64,000 nt of DNA from Bdellovibrionales bacterium (GCA_031429075.1 JANOYW010000005.1:6900-70899); one strand, 5' to 3'; positions 32,399 to 42,487 are shown, numbered from the stretch's first letter. Numbers and translations are program-made. The notes: a model not told the origin generated them from the sequence alone.

Positions 32399-34225
32399 TT
32401 ACGAGGTAATTTCCTGCAGCTTTTTTTCGATCTTTGTGACTTCTTGTTGCTTGGACCACATTTCGAAGTACTCGCCTTTTTTATTCAACAGGTCTTCGTG
32501 CTTACCGCGTTCGAGGATTTTTCCGTCGTTTAAAACAATGATCTCGTCGGCATCCACCACGGTGGACAGACGATGGGCGATGATGAGCGTGGTTTTGTGA
32601 ATGGAGATTTCGCGCAGGGACTGTTGGATTTCTTTTTCTTTATGGGTGTCTAAGGCACTGGTGGCTTCGTCGAAAATTAAAATTTGTGGATTTTTTAAAA
32701 TCGTGCGCGCGATGGCCACCCGTTGTTTTTCGCCGCCCGAAAGTTTTAAGCCGCGCTCGCCCACCGGGGTTTCGTACTTTTGACTGAGAGACATCACGAA
32801 GTCGTGGATCTTTGCCATTTTAGAAGCTTGATGCATTTCGGGCTCAGTGGCCGAGGGCTTTCCGTACAATATGTTGTACCCAATGGAGTCGTTAAACAGC
32901 ACCGTGTCTTGCGGAACAACGCCGATGGCTTTGCGCACGGATTTTTGCGTGACGGATTTTAAGCTTTGCCCGTCGATTTTAATATCTCCACTTTGTAAAT
33001 CGTAAAAGCGAAATAGAAGCCTTGAGATGGTGGATTTTCCCGAGCCGCTGGCGCCAACAATGGCGAGAGTTTTACCGGCATCGACTTTAAAGCTGATGCC
33101 TTTAAGAATCTGTCGATCGGGGTTGTAGCCAAAATAGACGTTATCGAATTCGATGACCCCGCCAGAGACTTGTATATCCCGTGCACCCTCTTGATCCGCC
33201 ACTTCGGAGTGCACGCCGATGAGCTCGAACATTTTATCCATGTCGATGAGGCTGTTTTTAATTTCGCGATACACGAAGCCCAAAAAGTTGAGCGGTAGAT
33301 ACAATTGAATTAAAAACGTGTTGATCAAAACAAAGTCACCCACAGTGTAGGTGTTGTTGACGATTCCTTGCCCTGTCATCCACATCACCGCCACCAAACC
33401 GATGCCGATGATGGTGGCTTGAATAATATTTAGCAGCGACAAACTCATTTGGCTTGTGACGGCAGCGAGCTCGTACTTGGCGAGAGAAATATCGTAGCGG
33501 CTGTACTCGTGCTCTTCGTTTCCGAAGTATTTAACGGTTTCGAAGTTGAGGAGGCTATCGATGGCTTTGGTGTTGGCGGAGCTTTCGGCGCTGTTCATGT
33601 TTTTTCTAAACTTTGTGCGCCACTCGGTGACGGCGATAGTCAGAAAGATATAGATGAAGATGGTTACAAAGATAATGGCACCGAAAAGCAAATTAAAATG
33701 GTAAATCACCGCGCCGGTTACAAGAACAATCTCGAACAGTGTGGGCAAAATGTTAAACGTCATAAACTGCAGCACAAACTGAATCCCACGGGTTCCGCGC
33801 TCGATAACGCGCGACAAGCCGCCTGTGTGGCGTGACAAATGAAACTGCAGCGAAAGCCCATGCAAGTGTTTAAAGGTATTTAAGGCGATGGTTCGTTGAG
33901 CATGCTGACTTACTTTGACGAAAATAAAATCGCGAAGTTCGCCGAACCCGGCAACGAGAATGCGGGCAAAGCCATAAGACAGTAGCAGTCCTATGGGCAG
34001 AGTCATAGCATCGAGGGGTTTTGAAAACACATCCACCGCATCTTTTAAAAGAAACGGGATGTACATATTGAGCACTTTAGCTAAAATCAAAAAGACAACA
34101 GCAGCGATCACTCGCAAACGCAAATCCCAGCGCTTTTCGGGCCATAGATAAAACCCAAGAACTTTGAGAGTTTTTAAATTGTTAGTTTGTTCGCTTTCGC
34201 TATTGGGATTGAAGGCCTGACGCAT
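32399..34225 (-). CDS. ABC transporter, fused permease/ATPase (Atm1/HMT1-type exporter)
   Basis: Six N-terminal TM helices. Walker A GASGSGKST, signature LSGGEKQR, Walker B LIFDEATSALD. Confidence 0.9.
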   Translation of the reverse strand: MRQAFNPNSESEQTNNLKTLKVLGFYLWPEKRWDLRLRVIAAVVFLILAKVLNMYIPFLLKDAVDVFSKPLDAMTLPIGLLLSYGFARILVAGFGELRDFIFVKVSQHAQRTIALNTFKHLHGLSLQFHLSRHTGGLSRVIERGTRGIQFVLQFMTFNILPTLFEIVLVTGAVIYHFNLLFGAIIFVTIFIYIFLTIAVTEWRTKFRKNMNSAESSANTKAIDSLLNFETVKYFGNEEHEYSRYDISLAKYELAAVTSQMSLSLLNIIQATIIGIGLVAVMWMTGQGIVNNTYTVGDFVLINTFLIQLYLPLNFLGFVYREIKNSLIDMDKMFELIGVHSEVADQEGARDIQVSGGVIEFDNVYFGYNPDRQILKGISFKVDAGKTLAIVGASGSGKSTISRLLFRFYDLQSGDIKIDGQSLKSVTQKSVRKAIGVVPQDTVLFNDSIGYNILYGKPSATEPEMHQASKMAKIHDFVMSLSQKYETPVGERGLKLSGGEKQRVAIARTILKNPQILIFDEATSALDTHKEKEIQQSLREISIHKTTLIIAHRLSTVVDADEIIVLNDGKILERGKHEDLLNKKGEYFEMWSKQQEVTKIEKKLQEITS

Positions 34226-34293
34226 CTTTAATTTATGCCATTTATCTACGCGCCATTCAACTGATATGCCGATAATAGACCGTGTGAAATGGT

Positions 34294-34320
34294 AAAAAAA
34301 CTAAAGGGCCAGTTGGCCCT
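34294..34320 (-). terminator. Rho-independent terminator candidate for the small GNQ-repeat gene
   Basis: AGGGCC agtt GGCCCT stem, followed on the minus strand by a T-rich run. Confidence 0.45.
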
Positions 34321-34382
34321 CAGTTTTCAAATGCAGCTACTTAGGCCAGCTACTAAGTTCAGCTACCTAAGTTAGCGAAAAA

Positions 34383-34586
34383 TTACTCTTTCGAGCTTGG
34401 GCTGCCAGATGCAGATTTACTGACTTCGGTGGACTTGCTAGCTTCGGAAGACTTGCCGACTTCAGAAGCCTTGTTTCCATCGGCGCTCTTTTTTTCGCCG
34501 CTGTTCGACGACTCTTTGTCTTTAGAGCCTGTGGTGCTGGCGTTTTGGTTACCTTGATTGCCTTGGTTTCCTTGATTGTTACTCAT
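34383..34586 (-). CDS. Small low-complexity (GNQ/Ser/Lys-rich) protein
   Basis: AGGAGG lies 7 nt upstream of the ATG at 34586. MSNNQGNQGNQGNQ ... looks intrinsically disordered. Confidence 0.45.
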   Translation of the reverse strand: MSNNQGNQGNQGNQNASTTGSKDKESSNSGEKKSADGNKASEVGKSSEASKSTEVSKSASGSPSSKE

Positions 34587-34799
34587 ACCGTATCCTCCTG
34601 GTTTACAGACATGCATTTTACATGACTGTTGGTTTGTTCTCCATGGTGCGCGAACCATTTCGTACACTCGTGGTATTTATTCTCTCAATCGGGGCAAAAA
34701 GGGACATTTTCTCGGCCCTTCTTGCTCTAGTGGTATCTCCCTATAACTATGCATTTCGCCGGCCATATCTCTGGGAGGGACGAAGAGGACTGATTAAAC

Positions 34800-34838
34800 A
34801 AAAAAAAAGGAGGCCGTTAAAAAATTAACGGCCTCCTT
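34800..34838 (-). terminator. Strong Rho-independent terminator downstream of the triple-repeat Cys-rich gene
   Basis: 14-bp stem AAGGAGGCCGTTAA aaaa TTAACGGCCTCCTT, followed on the minus strand by a run of T. Confidence 0.8.
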
Positions 34839-34866
34839 TTGAAATTTTGAAATCAAGAGAATTTGC

Positions 34867-35490
34867 TTAGTTTAAAAAAGCTTCGCACTTAGCCATAGCT
34901 TCTTTTTGCTTCGACTTCGTGGCGTTGTCGTTCTTGAAAGCCCAGCTATGTGTACACTGGCCGTGAGCTTTGCTCATGGCGCACACTTGTGTTGCAAACG
35001 CAGCGTTTGGATACACTTGGCAGTAGTAATTGTTTGGATTCCATTTGCTAACTACAAGTCCTAAGTGGCGTTCGCACTTGTTCATAGCAGCCTGTTGTTT
35101 GCTCTTGCTAGAGTTGTCATTTTTAAAATGCCAGCTCGTAGAACATTGGCCAGTTGTTTTGCTTTTTGCACAAATTTGCGTTGGAAAAGCCGCATTTGGA
35201 GACACGTCACAGTAGTAGTTATCTGGATTCCACGACGTCACGATGTTTCCTAAAGCTCTTTGACAATCATTCATAGCTTCTTTTTGTTTGCTCTTAGTGG
35301 CGTTGTCGTTTTTAAAAGACCAGCTTTGAGTACACTGACCTGTGGTTTCGTTTTTCGCACAAATTTGCGTGGCGAAAGCATCATTGGGCCAAGCAACACA
35401 GGTGTATTGGCTTGGATCAAGGTAAGCAGAGGCGCTGCTTGCCACCACTAATAGAGCACTCATAAAAAACAGTTTAGTTGCATTGAACAT
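34867..35490 (-). CDS. Secreted protein made of three tandem ~62-aa four-cysteine repeats
   Basis: Signal peptide, then 3 copies of Y.C......AF.TQ[IV]CA.....GQC..SW.FKNDN..KSKQ..AM..C. No family recognised. Confidence 0.7.
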   Translation of the reverse strand: MFNATKLFFMSALLVVASSASAYLDPSQYTCVAWPNDAFATQICAKNETTGQCTQSWSFKNDNATKSKQKEAMNDCQRALGNIVTSWNPDNYYCDVSPNAAFPTQICAKSKTTGQCSTSWHFKNDNSSKSKQQAAMNKCERHLGLVVSKWNPNNYYCQVYPNAAFATQVCAMSKAHGQCTHSWAFKNDNATKSKQKEAMAKCEAFLN

Positions 35491-35708
35491 TTATATTTCT
35501 CCTTTTAACGTTGTTGTTTGTAAATATTTCATCGAACTTCATGAAATACAGGAGAGTGCTTCGTCATCAAATAAATTAAATACCTAAGACGAATTTGCAC
35601 CGTCGCCCTAGGCCTTTTAGTGTCCGTGACGTCGAGGCTCCGCTAGGAGAGGGATCGTCATGACGATCTTTTTTTAAACTATTTAATGCAACTTGCTAAA
35701 GTGATTCG

Positions 35709-36491
35709 TTGAGTTTTTCCGCCAATTTCGCAAGACTCAACAGCATGCAGTCTCTCAACTCGTGGTTAGCAGAAGGTCCCTATACGCTGTCTTTATGCAG
35801 TCATTTTTTTGGCTACTACAGCCATACGGCGATTGTGGAGCAACTCTATAAATCAAATTATCGTCCGCGGAAAATAACTGGAACGAGCGCTGGCGCTTTG
35901 GTCGGCGCCGCCATCGCCTCAGGAATCTCGCCTGCGGGTTTTAAAGAGATTTTATTTTCTAAGACAGTTCAGGATTATTGGGATCCAAAAATTGGCCTTG
36001 GACTTCTTGCTGGAAAAAAATTTCTTTCCTTAATGCAGTCGATCTTTGTTCCTGACTTTGCGCAAACGCATGTTCCGTTAGAAGTCGGTGTTACTGAGTT
36101 GCCTTTTTTTAAACTAAAATTTTTGCATCAAGGAAACCTTCCTCAATCCGTGCTAGCGTCCTGCGCTGTTCCTTTGATGTTTCCTCCCGTTAAGGTGGAT
36201 CGCCGTTGGTACTATGACGGAGGAGTGCTGCAAAAATCTGGCATTCCTCTCTCTGATCGAAATGAAAGAGTGCTCAATATCTACCTTGATATGAGCGAAT
36301 CGATTTTTAAGAAAACTATTTCAAAAAATTCAACCCTTTGGGGGCCTCACCATCGTGTGATTTACTTACCAAAAGCTCCGCAAGTGAATCCGCGCAATTT
36401 GACGACGGGTCATTCTGCCTATGACCAAACCTTCGCGCGAGCCGAGGCTCTCTTTAAGAACGACTTTAGAGAGAACGCTCTGATCATCTAA
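35709..36491 (+). CDS. Patatin-like phospholipase
   Basis: GTSAGA (GxSxG) and YYDGGV (DG[GA]) catalytic dyad motifs. The start is uncertain (TTG 35709 or ATG 35745). Confidence 0.75.
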   Translation: MSFSANFARLNSMQSLNSWLAEGPYTLSLCSHFFGYYSHTAIVEQLYKSNYRPRKITGTSAGALVGAAIASGISPAGFKEILFSKTVQDYWDPKIGLGLLAGKKFLSLMQSIFVPDFAQTHVPLEVGVTELPFFKLKFLHQGNLPQSVLASCAVPLMFPPVKVDRRWYYDGGVLQKSGIPLSDRNERVLNIYLDMSESIFKKTISKNSTLWGPHHRVIYLPKAPQVNPRNLTTGHSAYDQTFARAEALFKNDFRENALII

Positions 36492-36493
36492 AT

Positions 36494-37345
36494 TCAGGCC
36501 AGGCTCAGTGCTGCCAGCCAGCTGATGATTAACGAAACGAATAAAAAAAGCGTGCTCTTGATCGCATACGATCGCAAAAAAGAACTTCCGATGGTAGAAA
36601 TCAAAAAAAGCTTAGATAGATATGAGGCTGCGACGGATACAGCTAACAAACTGCATAGAAAATGAATATTCACAGCTCCAGACTCATGCAAGTGAACATT
36701 TGCGATGATGGATCCATGAATTTCAAACAAAGAAACAAACAAAGTGAGCACGAGCAATCCACTTTTTCCAAAAAGATTCTGACTCACTTTAGATAAAGTG
36801 AGAATCCCAATAATGAATACGGAGAGTTTTAAAAGCGGTAAGATCTGAAAACTTGAAACTTCTGATGAACCATGTCGGTTCTCAACTCGACGATACTGGA
36901 TAAACATCATTCCGACGGTTGCCAGGATGGGACCAATAAATATGAGCAATGTTTGCAAGTGAATCTCTGTGGCTCCAGCCATGACCATGGCAAGCCCTTC
37001 GAAGAGCATTGCTACCGTGGCCGCCAAAAAGGTGAGCCTCTCGCTGGAATTATTGGTTTTGTTTGTAACTTTACTTCGTCGCGCCAAGGAGGCTGTTGTG
37101 GCCGTGCTCGATATAAGTCCACCAAAGAATCCTGTGAGCAGAGCCCCAGCTCTGCGCCCCATTAACTGCCCCAATATAGATCCAAGAGCTTGAATCAAAA
37201 CCAGCGCGAAAACCATTTTTACTATTTTTTGCGGACTGAGTAAATTCCAAGGATCCAGTGGGGCCACCGGCGAAAGCCAAGTGGCCATTGCTAAAACGAA
37301 CAAAGTGATTGAAGGTTTAAGCCAAAAGTGAGGTGTCTTCTTCAT
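36494..37345 (-). CDS. Integral membrane protein (MgtC/DUF4010-like recall)
   Basis: Start at Met51 of the listed ORF (MKKTPHFW), with a 1-nt TAATG junction to the upstream gene. About 8 hydrophobic helices. Confidence 0.5.
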   Translation of the reverse strand: MKKTPHFWLKPSITLFVLAMATWLSPVAPLDPWNLLSPQKIVKMVFALVLIQALGSILGQLMGRRAGALLTGFFGGLISSTATTASLARRSKVTNKTNNSSERLTFLAATVAMLFEGLAMVMAGATEIHLQTLLIFIGPILATVGMMFIQYRRVENRHGSSEVSSFQILPLLKLSVFIIGILTLSKVSQNLFGKSGLLVLTLFVSLFEIHGSIIANVHLHESGAVNIHFLCSLLAVSVAASYLSKLFLISTIGSSFLRSYAIKSTLFLFVSLIISWLAALSLA

Positions 37346-38718
37346 TAGTTTAACAGAACTTTTTGCAAATACTCTGGAACACAGGCTGAGATTTTTAATT
37401 TCTCTTCGATGCTTCGTCGTAAAGTGTCGGCAGCTTCGGGTTCGCCGTGAGTGACAAAAATACGCTGCGGCTTTTTTTTGAGGTTTCCAATCCAAGCGAG
37501 AATTTCTTCGGCGTCCGCATGGGCTGAAAGAGTTTCCATATTTATCACTTCGGCTTTGATGGGCCAGTATTCACCATGTATTTTTATTTCTTTGGCGCCG
37601 CGAACGATCAAATCTCCCCGCGTGCCCCCCGCTTGAAAACCCACAAACAGAATTGAATTTTGCGCATGGGGCGCCACGGATTTTAAATGATGTAGCACGC
37701 GGCCCCCGGTGGCCATTCCGCTGGCCGCGATGATAATTGCGGGTTCGGTTTTTTCGTTGAGGGCTTTTGAGTCGTCCGCTGACTTTACAATTTTAACACC
37801 CGTCCACATCTCGTCGAGTTCGGCTTTACTAATTTTTAACTCCGCATGGTGCTGGGCAAAAGCGCGGTTGGCTTCGGCTGCCATGGGGCTATTGAGATAC
37901 ACCGGAAGATCTTTGGGAATCTCTCCTGATTTTTTTAAGCAATGGATATAATAAAGGAGCAATTGGGCTCGGCCCACAGCAAACGACGGAATCAGTAGAA
38001 TTCCCTGACGCTGCAGAGTGCGCAGAATGACGTTTTTGAGTTCTTCCTGTGTATCGATTTGTGGATGCTGGCGGTTTCCGTAGGTGGACTCTACAATCAG
38101 TGTGTCTGCGCCTTCATAAAAATCTGGTGCGCGCACCATGGGATCTATGGAACGCCCTAGATCTCCAGAAAACGCAATACTTCCCAATTCTGTTTTTAAG
38201 AGCACGCTGGCTGCGCCGAGCAAATGTCCTGCTGGATAGAGAGCGATGTCTAAGGTGTTCGCACCTTTTTTTAAGATTTGCGTGGAAGTTTTCCAAGGGA
38301 GTGTCTTAAAATACTTTAACGACTCGTCGGCGTCCTCTGACGTGTATAGCGGGCGCGCTGGATTGTGTTTTGAGTAACCGCGCTTATTGGCAAATTTGGC
38401 TTCTTCTTCCTGCAGGAATCCAGAATCAGGTAAAAGAATTTTACAAAGATCCACCGTTGGCGGTGTTGCGTAGATGGCGCCGCGAAAGCCATTTTTGACG
38501 AGCAATGGTATATAACCGCTGTGATCCAAATGAGCGTGAGTGATAACTACGGCATCAATTTCGCGAACGTCCAAGGGGAAGGGATCCCAGTTTTTAAGAC
38601 GAAGATTTTTAAAACCTTGAAACAGTCCGCAATCCACCAGAACTTTGATTTCTCCGTGGGTGACCAAATACCGTGAGCCCGTAACTGTGCATGCAGCGCC
38701 TAAAAATTGAATTTTCAT
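37345..38718 (-). CDS. MBL-fold beta-CASP ribonuclease (RNA-metabolising metallo-beta-lactamase)
   Basis: HAHLDHSG motif 2 and the beta-CASP layout, with late H residues (SAHAD, VTHGE). Confidence 0.85.
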   Translation of the reverse strand: MKIQFLGAACTVTGSRYLVTHGEIKVLVDCGLFQGFKNLRLKNWDPFPLDVREIDAVVITHAHLDHSGYIPLLVKNGFRGAIYATPPTVDLCKILLPDSGFLQEEEAKFANKRGYSKHNPARPLYTSEDADESLKYFKTLPWKTSTQILKKGANTLDIALYPAGHLLGAASVLLKTELGSIAFSGDLGRSIDPMVRAPDFYEGADTLIVESTYGNRQHPQIDTQEELKNVILRTLQRQGILLIPSFAVGRAQLLLYYIHCLKKSGEIPKDLPVYLNSPMAAEANRAFAQHHAELKISKAELDEMWTGVKIVKSADDSKALNEKTEPAIIIAASGMATGGRVLHHLKSVAPHAQNSILFVGFQAGGTRGDLIVRGAKEIKIHGEYWPIKAEVINMETLSAHADAEEILAWIGNLKKKPQRIFVTHGEPEAADTLRRSIEEKLKISACVPEYLQKVLLN

Positions 38719-38739
38719 ACGTGTAGTGTGTTCTGCTTT

Positions 38740-39180
38740 TTAACGAATTGGCAGGGAAATTTGGTCCCAAACATAAATCATCACCGAATTTCCAAAGGGA
38801 AGCTCAATCCATAGTTGTTCGTTGTGAATGCCAATCGTCGATTGCGACTTCATTCCCACTTTCATATCTGGGTCACCGCCGCATTGCGGGCCGTTGTCTG
38901 GGTTCACCCACGTGGCCTCGATAAAAAGTTGATCATCTTTCAGAAACCAGGTGCCTTTTCGTTCGCAAAAGGTGGTTTCGCCCTTCATTTGCCAAAAGAG
39001 TCGATGGGTGCCGTCGGGTAAAAAATCAAAAGTGAGTGTGAGCTGTCGATCGGGCGGCTGAATAAATTGATCTTCGTAATAATAACCGACAGCGAGCCAA
39101 CTTCCCACCAGGTCCTCAGAGGCTGGTGCGGCGGCAGCGAACAACGATATGATTTTGAAAGCAAAAAAAAGTGCGCTCAT
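38740..39180 (-). CDS. Hypothetical secreted small protein (lipocalin-like size)
   Basis: Signal peptide. ATGA overlap with the upstream protease gene. Confidence 0.5.
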   Translation of the reverse strand: MSALFFAFKIISLFAAAAPASEDLVGSWLAVGYYYEDQFIQPPDRQLTLTFDFLPDGTHRLFWQMKGETTFCERKGTWFLKDDQLFIEATWVNPDNGPQCGGDPDMKVGMKSQSTIGIHNEQLWIELPFGNSVMIYVWDQISLPIR

Positions 39181-40538
39181 CAGTTTTCTCCTAGTGGAAA
39201 ATTTCGTTGTTGCAGAATTTTGATCACTTTATCGTGCTCTGCGGGTTTGAGTTCGGTTTGTGCCAGGGAGCGCAGCACTCCGCCCACCTGATCGAGATCC
39301 CCGTTGGGTCCCAGCCGCACAAGGGCTTTCAACGCCAGGTTCTCTGTCAAATTCACACCAAGACTTTTACGAATTTCCCAAAACAGCCCGCTCACGATTT
39401 GTGAGTCTCCGTAGACCGTGCCTTTTTTTTGCAAAAACGAAATTTGTTGATCCACCGTTCGCGTGTAGGGTCCCACCACATAACTGACTTCGCCAAGGTT
39501 GGGATGATTTAAAAAAGAAGTGGTAAAAAAATCAGCGAAGGCCTCATTGAGCGCTCCTTGAGGTAGCCCTGCCAGTGCATCTATAAAAGCATGGACGGTT
39601 TCGTGCATTACAATTGTGGGGTCTTTTAAAATATCTTTGTAGCTGATCTCGTCGCCCTGCCCCAAGTGAATACGGTGGTTGTAGTAAAACATGACGGTTT
39701 TCTTTTCGGGATAACCGATGTGAGTTTTAAACTCCAAATTAAACGGCAGCTCCACTCCCAAGCGAGTTTTAAAGGCCTGAATCATTTTGTTGGCATAGTA
39801 AAATACCTGTACTTGATCAAAGCGAGGATCTTCGGTTTTAAAATAAAAATTATGTTGCTGCGAAAGGGCTGGCTGATCCGACTGTGTTAACACATTGACT
39901 CTGCGAGAATTTAGCGACCCGTCACCCACAAGGTTAAGTAAGGGCACTTCTTCGAGCTGACTCCACTGCGGCCCGTTTGGAAACGCCATTCCCTGCCCAT
40001 CATAGTAGGAGCTCACCTGCTCTTTTTTTAGCACGCGAAGATTTGGGGAAATCAACCATCGTTGCACCGAGGAGCCGTCGTTGGAAATAGAATCCAGTTG
40101 ATACACCACACTGGGGGATGGTGTTTGATTGAGAACAATCACTTTTACAGGACTGAGGAAGGAGGCCTGTCGCAGTTCAGAAAATTCTTTTTTCGCTTTT
40201 TCCACAAACTCAGTTTTTGCCAAAGTGAGAGTTTGAATTTGTTTTGTGAGATTTTCACTTCTATCATCTAAGAACTGCATTTTTAAAAAAATGGGTTCGC
40301 GCTTTTTATCTTTAACCAGCTGTAAAAACGATGTGTCAACTTCGGCTCCGTCCACTGTTTGCACAGATCTTTCCACAGAACCAAACTTTGTGCTGATAGT
40401 CACCGATGACGTTTTAAAATCAGCGGGGACTGCGGGTACGGGTTCGGACCCTTTTTCCCAAACCACAGCGGTCAGTGGTGCCGTCTTTTGACAGCCTAAA
40501 ACAAAAACCAAACAAACACTGACCACTATAAATTTCAT
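39180..40538 (-). CDS. Secreted zinc metalloprotease lipoprotein (HExxH)
   Basis: Lipobox VFVLGC and the HETVHAFID zinc site. Clan uncertain. Confidence 0.65.
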   Translation of the reverse strand: MKFIVVSVCLVFVLGCQKTAPLTAVVWEKGSEPVPAVPADFKTSSVTISTKFGSVERSVQTVDGAEVDTSFLQLVKDKKREPIFLKMQFLDDRSENLTKQIQTLTLAKTEFVEKAKKEFSELRQASFLSPVKVIVLNQTPSPSVVYQLDSISNDGSSVQRWLISPNLRVLKKEQVSSYYDGQGMAFPNGPQWSQLEEVPLLNLVGDGSLNSRRVNVLTQSDQPALSQQHNFYFKTEDPRFDQVQVFYYANKMIQAFKTRLGVELPFNLEFKTHIGYPEKKTVMFYYNHRIHLGQGDEISYKDILKDPTIVMHETVHAFIDALAGLPQGALNEAFADFFTTSFLNHPNLGEVSYVVGPYTRTVDQQISFLQKKGTVYGDSQIVSGLFWEIRKSLGVNLTENLALKALVRLGPNGDLDQVGGVLRSLAQTELKPAEHDKVIKILQQRNFPLGEN

Positions 40539-40565
40539 ACCCACCCACTCTTATTCGACTGTTTG

Positions 40566-40958
40566 TTATTCTACAGTAAACTTTTGTTCAATGGACGTTC
40601 CATCGGACGAAGGAAATACAAGTGTATGACTCCCCGATGCGAGAACTCCCAACAGCACTTCTTTTTGATACGGAATAAGGGCCATTGTACACATGGCTTG
40701 CTGTACGTTTGCATAAACCGTCACTTCATGGCGGAAGGCTTCTGGATGCTTGACCTCCACAGAATCAAAACTGTAGCAACCGTTTGGAAAATAACCGTTC
40801 ACAACAACCATTTGCTCCGACTTTGAGTCGAAGCCGCTGGGAATGTAAGCTTGGGTCACGGCCACCACCATTTTTTTACTTTGGAAGGCGCCCATGCCCC
40901 CTCCGAAACTTGGAAGGGCCATGAGTACTAAGAACGCTGATAGAAAAAAATGTTTCAT
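40566..40958 (-). CDS. Small secreted protein, tandem paralogue 1
   Basis: Signal peptide. IPSGFDSKSE ... VVNG.FPN.CY is shared with the adjacent gene. Confidence 0.6.
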   Translation of the reverse strand: MKHFFLSAFLVLMALPSFGGGMGAFQSKKMVVAVTQAYIPSGFDSKSEQMVVVNGYFPNGCYSFDSVEVKHPEAFRHEVTVYANVQQAMCTMALIPYQKEVLLGVLASGSHTLVFPSSDGTSIEQKFTVE

Positions 40959-40966
40959 AGATTCCC

Positions 40967-41356
40967 CTACTCAATCACTAAGCTTTTTTCGAAGTAAGTG
41001 CCATCATCAGATAAGAATCGTACAGTGTGTTTACCTGTAGCCAGGTAGCCCAATGTGATTTCTTTGTTAAAGGGAACGAAAACGCGAATACAAATCCCCG
41101 GTTTCACTTTCGCCATGGTTTGAACTTCATGCTCTGTGGTGGTTTTATGATCGATGATTGGCTCGCTCATGCTGTAGCAGGTATTTGGAAACAAACCATT
41201 CACGACAACATAGGCTTCGGACTTGGAATCAAAACCACTGGGAATGAAGGCGTCAGTCACCGACACTGCCACTTCTTTGACTGTGAGATTTTGCGCATTC
41301 GCTGCTGTGACGAAACCAAAAAACGCTAACGCTGCTACGACTAATACTTTATTCAT
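40967..41356 (-). CDS. Small secreted protein, tandem paralogue 2
   Basis: Start at the internal Met (MNKVLVVAALAF) with GGAGGG upstream. Collinear with 40566-40958. Confidence 0.6.
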   Translation of the reverse strand: MNKVLVVAALAFFGFVTAANAQNLTVKEVAVSVTDAFIPSGFDSKSEAYVVVNGLFPNTCYSMSEPIIDHKTTTEHEVQTMAKVKPGICIRVFVPFNKEITLGYLATGKHTVRFLSDDGTYFEKSLVIE

Positions 41357-41526
41357 AAAGATCCCTCCGTTGTGAGATGTTCTGCTTGAACCTCTCTGTT
41401 TATAGGTCCACGCTATACCTCTCGAAGGAGTGCGAACATGACGGACGTCATGTTTAAGAAAATTTAATAAAGAATCTTTGGAAACCCTCCACAATTGAAG
41501 TGGAGGTTGTAACGCACATGAGTGCG

Positions 41527-41940
41527 TTAAATTTTAACAGCTGGATAGTCTTCTTCGTAGCTTTCGCCGTTGGAGCCAAAATAACTCACTTTTCGTTCCA
41601 TAAAGTCCGCGTCGTAACCAATGACACCTGCATTCCATGCGGCTTGGAGAAATTCCTGAAATGTACACTTGCCTTTTTGATCCTCTCTGATGGCTTCGAT
41701 CAACGCCTCTTCGTCAAAATCTGCGATGTCGTGCGTACCCGTGACCAAAGGAGTTCCCTGTTGAACCACCGCACCCTCTTCCATTAAAAAAACCGACTGG
41801 CACGAGGGCAAGGCCCAACTGTTAATATGAACACCCGCCTGACGAAGAACTTCGGCAAGAACTGGAAAGCCCCCTACTTTAGGACGGATGGACATGGCAT
41901 GTTTTTGGGCTTGTAGTAATTTATCTGAAAGTGAACTCAT
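41527..41940 (-). CDS. DUF1398-family protein
   Basis: RPKVGGFPVLAEVLRQAGV ... matches the family (recall). AGGAGA lies upstream of the ATG at 41940. Confidence 0.6.
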   Translation of the reverse strand: MSSLSDKLLQAQKHAMSIRPKVGGFPVLAEVLRQAGVHINSWALPSCQSVFLMEEGAVVQQGTPLVTGTHDIADFDEEALIEAIREDQKGKCTFQEFLQAAWNAGVIGYDADFMERKVSYFGSNGESYEEDYPAVKI

Positions 41941-42091
41941 GGTTTCTCCTGTGTATTGCGACGAAAGTACCAAATCTGGTTGTCAAATCAAGACTTCTTA
42001 ACGGCAATTCGGCATATGAGCTTTGACCCTAATTTAGCCCGCGATTAAAATAAAGACATTCCAACAGCAAACTTTAACCAGGGAGGTCTTT

Positions 42092-42487
42092 TTGTTAATA
42101 ACCATTCATACAGATAATCATATACAGGGTCGCGAGGATGTGGCGCAAACCGTCGAGGATATGGTGGCTGATGCCATTGGTGATTTTAGCGAATGGATCA
42201 CGCGCGTAGAAGTTCATTTAAGCGATGAGAATGCTGGTAAAGGTGGAGCGGATGATAAACGCTGTGTTATTGATGCGCATCCTAAGGGCTCAGCACACAT
42301 CGCCTCTCATCACAATTCTGGCACGGTCAAAGAAGCCATTGAAGGTTCTTTGGAAAAACTGACGACCATGCTGCAAAAAATCCACGACAAACGAATTGAT
42401 AAACAGCGGCGCCCAGGATCTGTGCCAAGTTTTATGCCAAGCCCTACGACAGTCTCAGAGCTGGATCCCACGGATTCGGCAGAATAA
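42092..42487 (+). CDS. HPF/RaiA-family ribosome-associated protein (short form)
   Basis: ITIHTDNHIQGREDV ... ITRVEVHLSDENAGKGGADDKRCVI fits the family pattern. TTG start with GGGAGG 5 nt upstream. Confidence 0.6.
   Translation: MLITIHTDNHIQGREDVAQTVEDMVADAIGDFSEWITRVEVHLSDENAGKGGADDKRCVIDAHPKGSAHIASHHNSGTVKEAIEGSLEKLTTMLQKIHDKRIDKQRRPGSVPSFMPSPTTVSELDPTDSAE

Noticed and set aside
36494-37495. Long form (333 aa) of the membrane-protein ORF overlapping the beta-CASP RNase gene by 150 nt
   Set aside because: The first 50 codons are Arg/Cys-rich and lie antisense-free but inside the upstream gene's 3' end. The internal Met (37345) gives a TAATG junction and starts at the signal/TM region.
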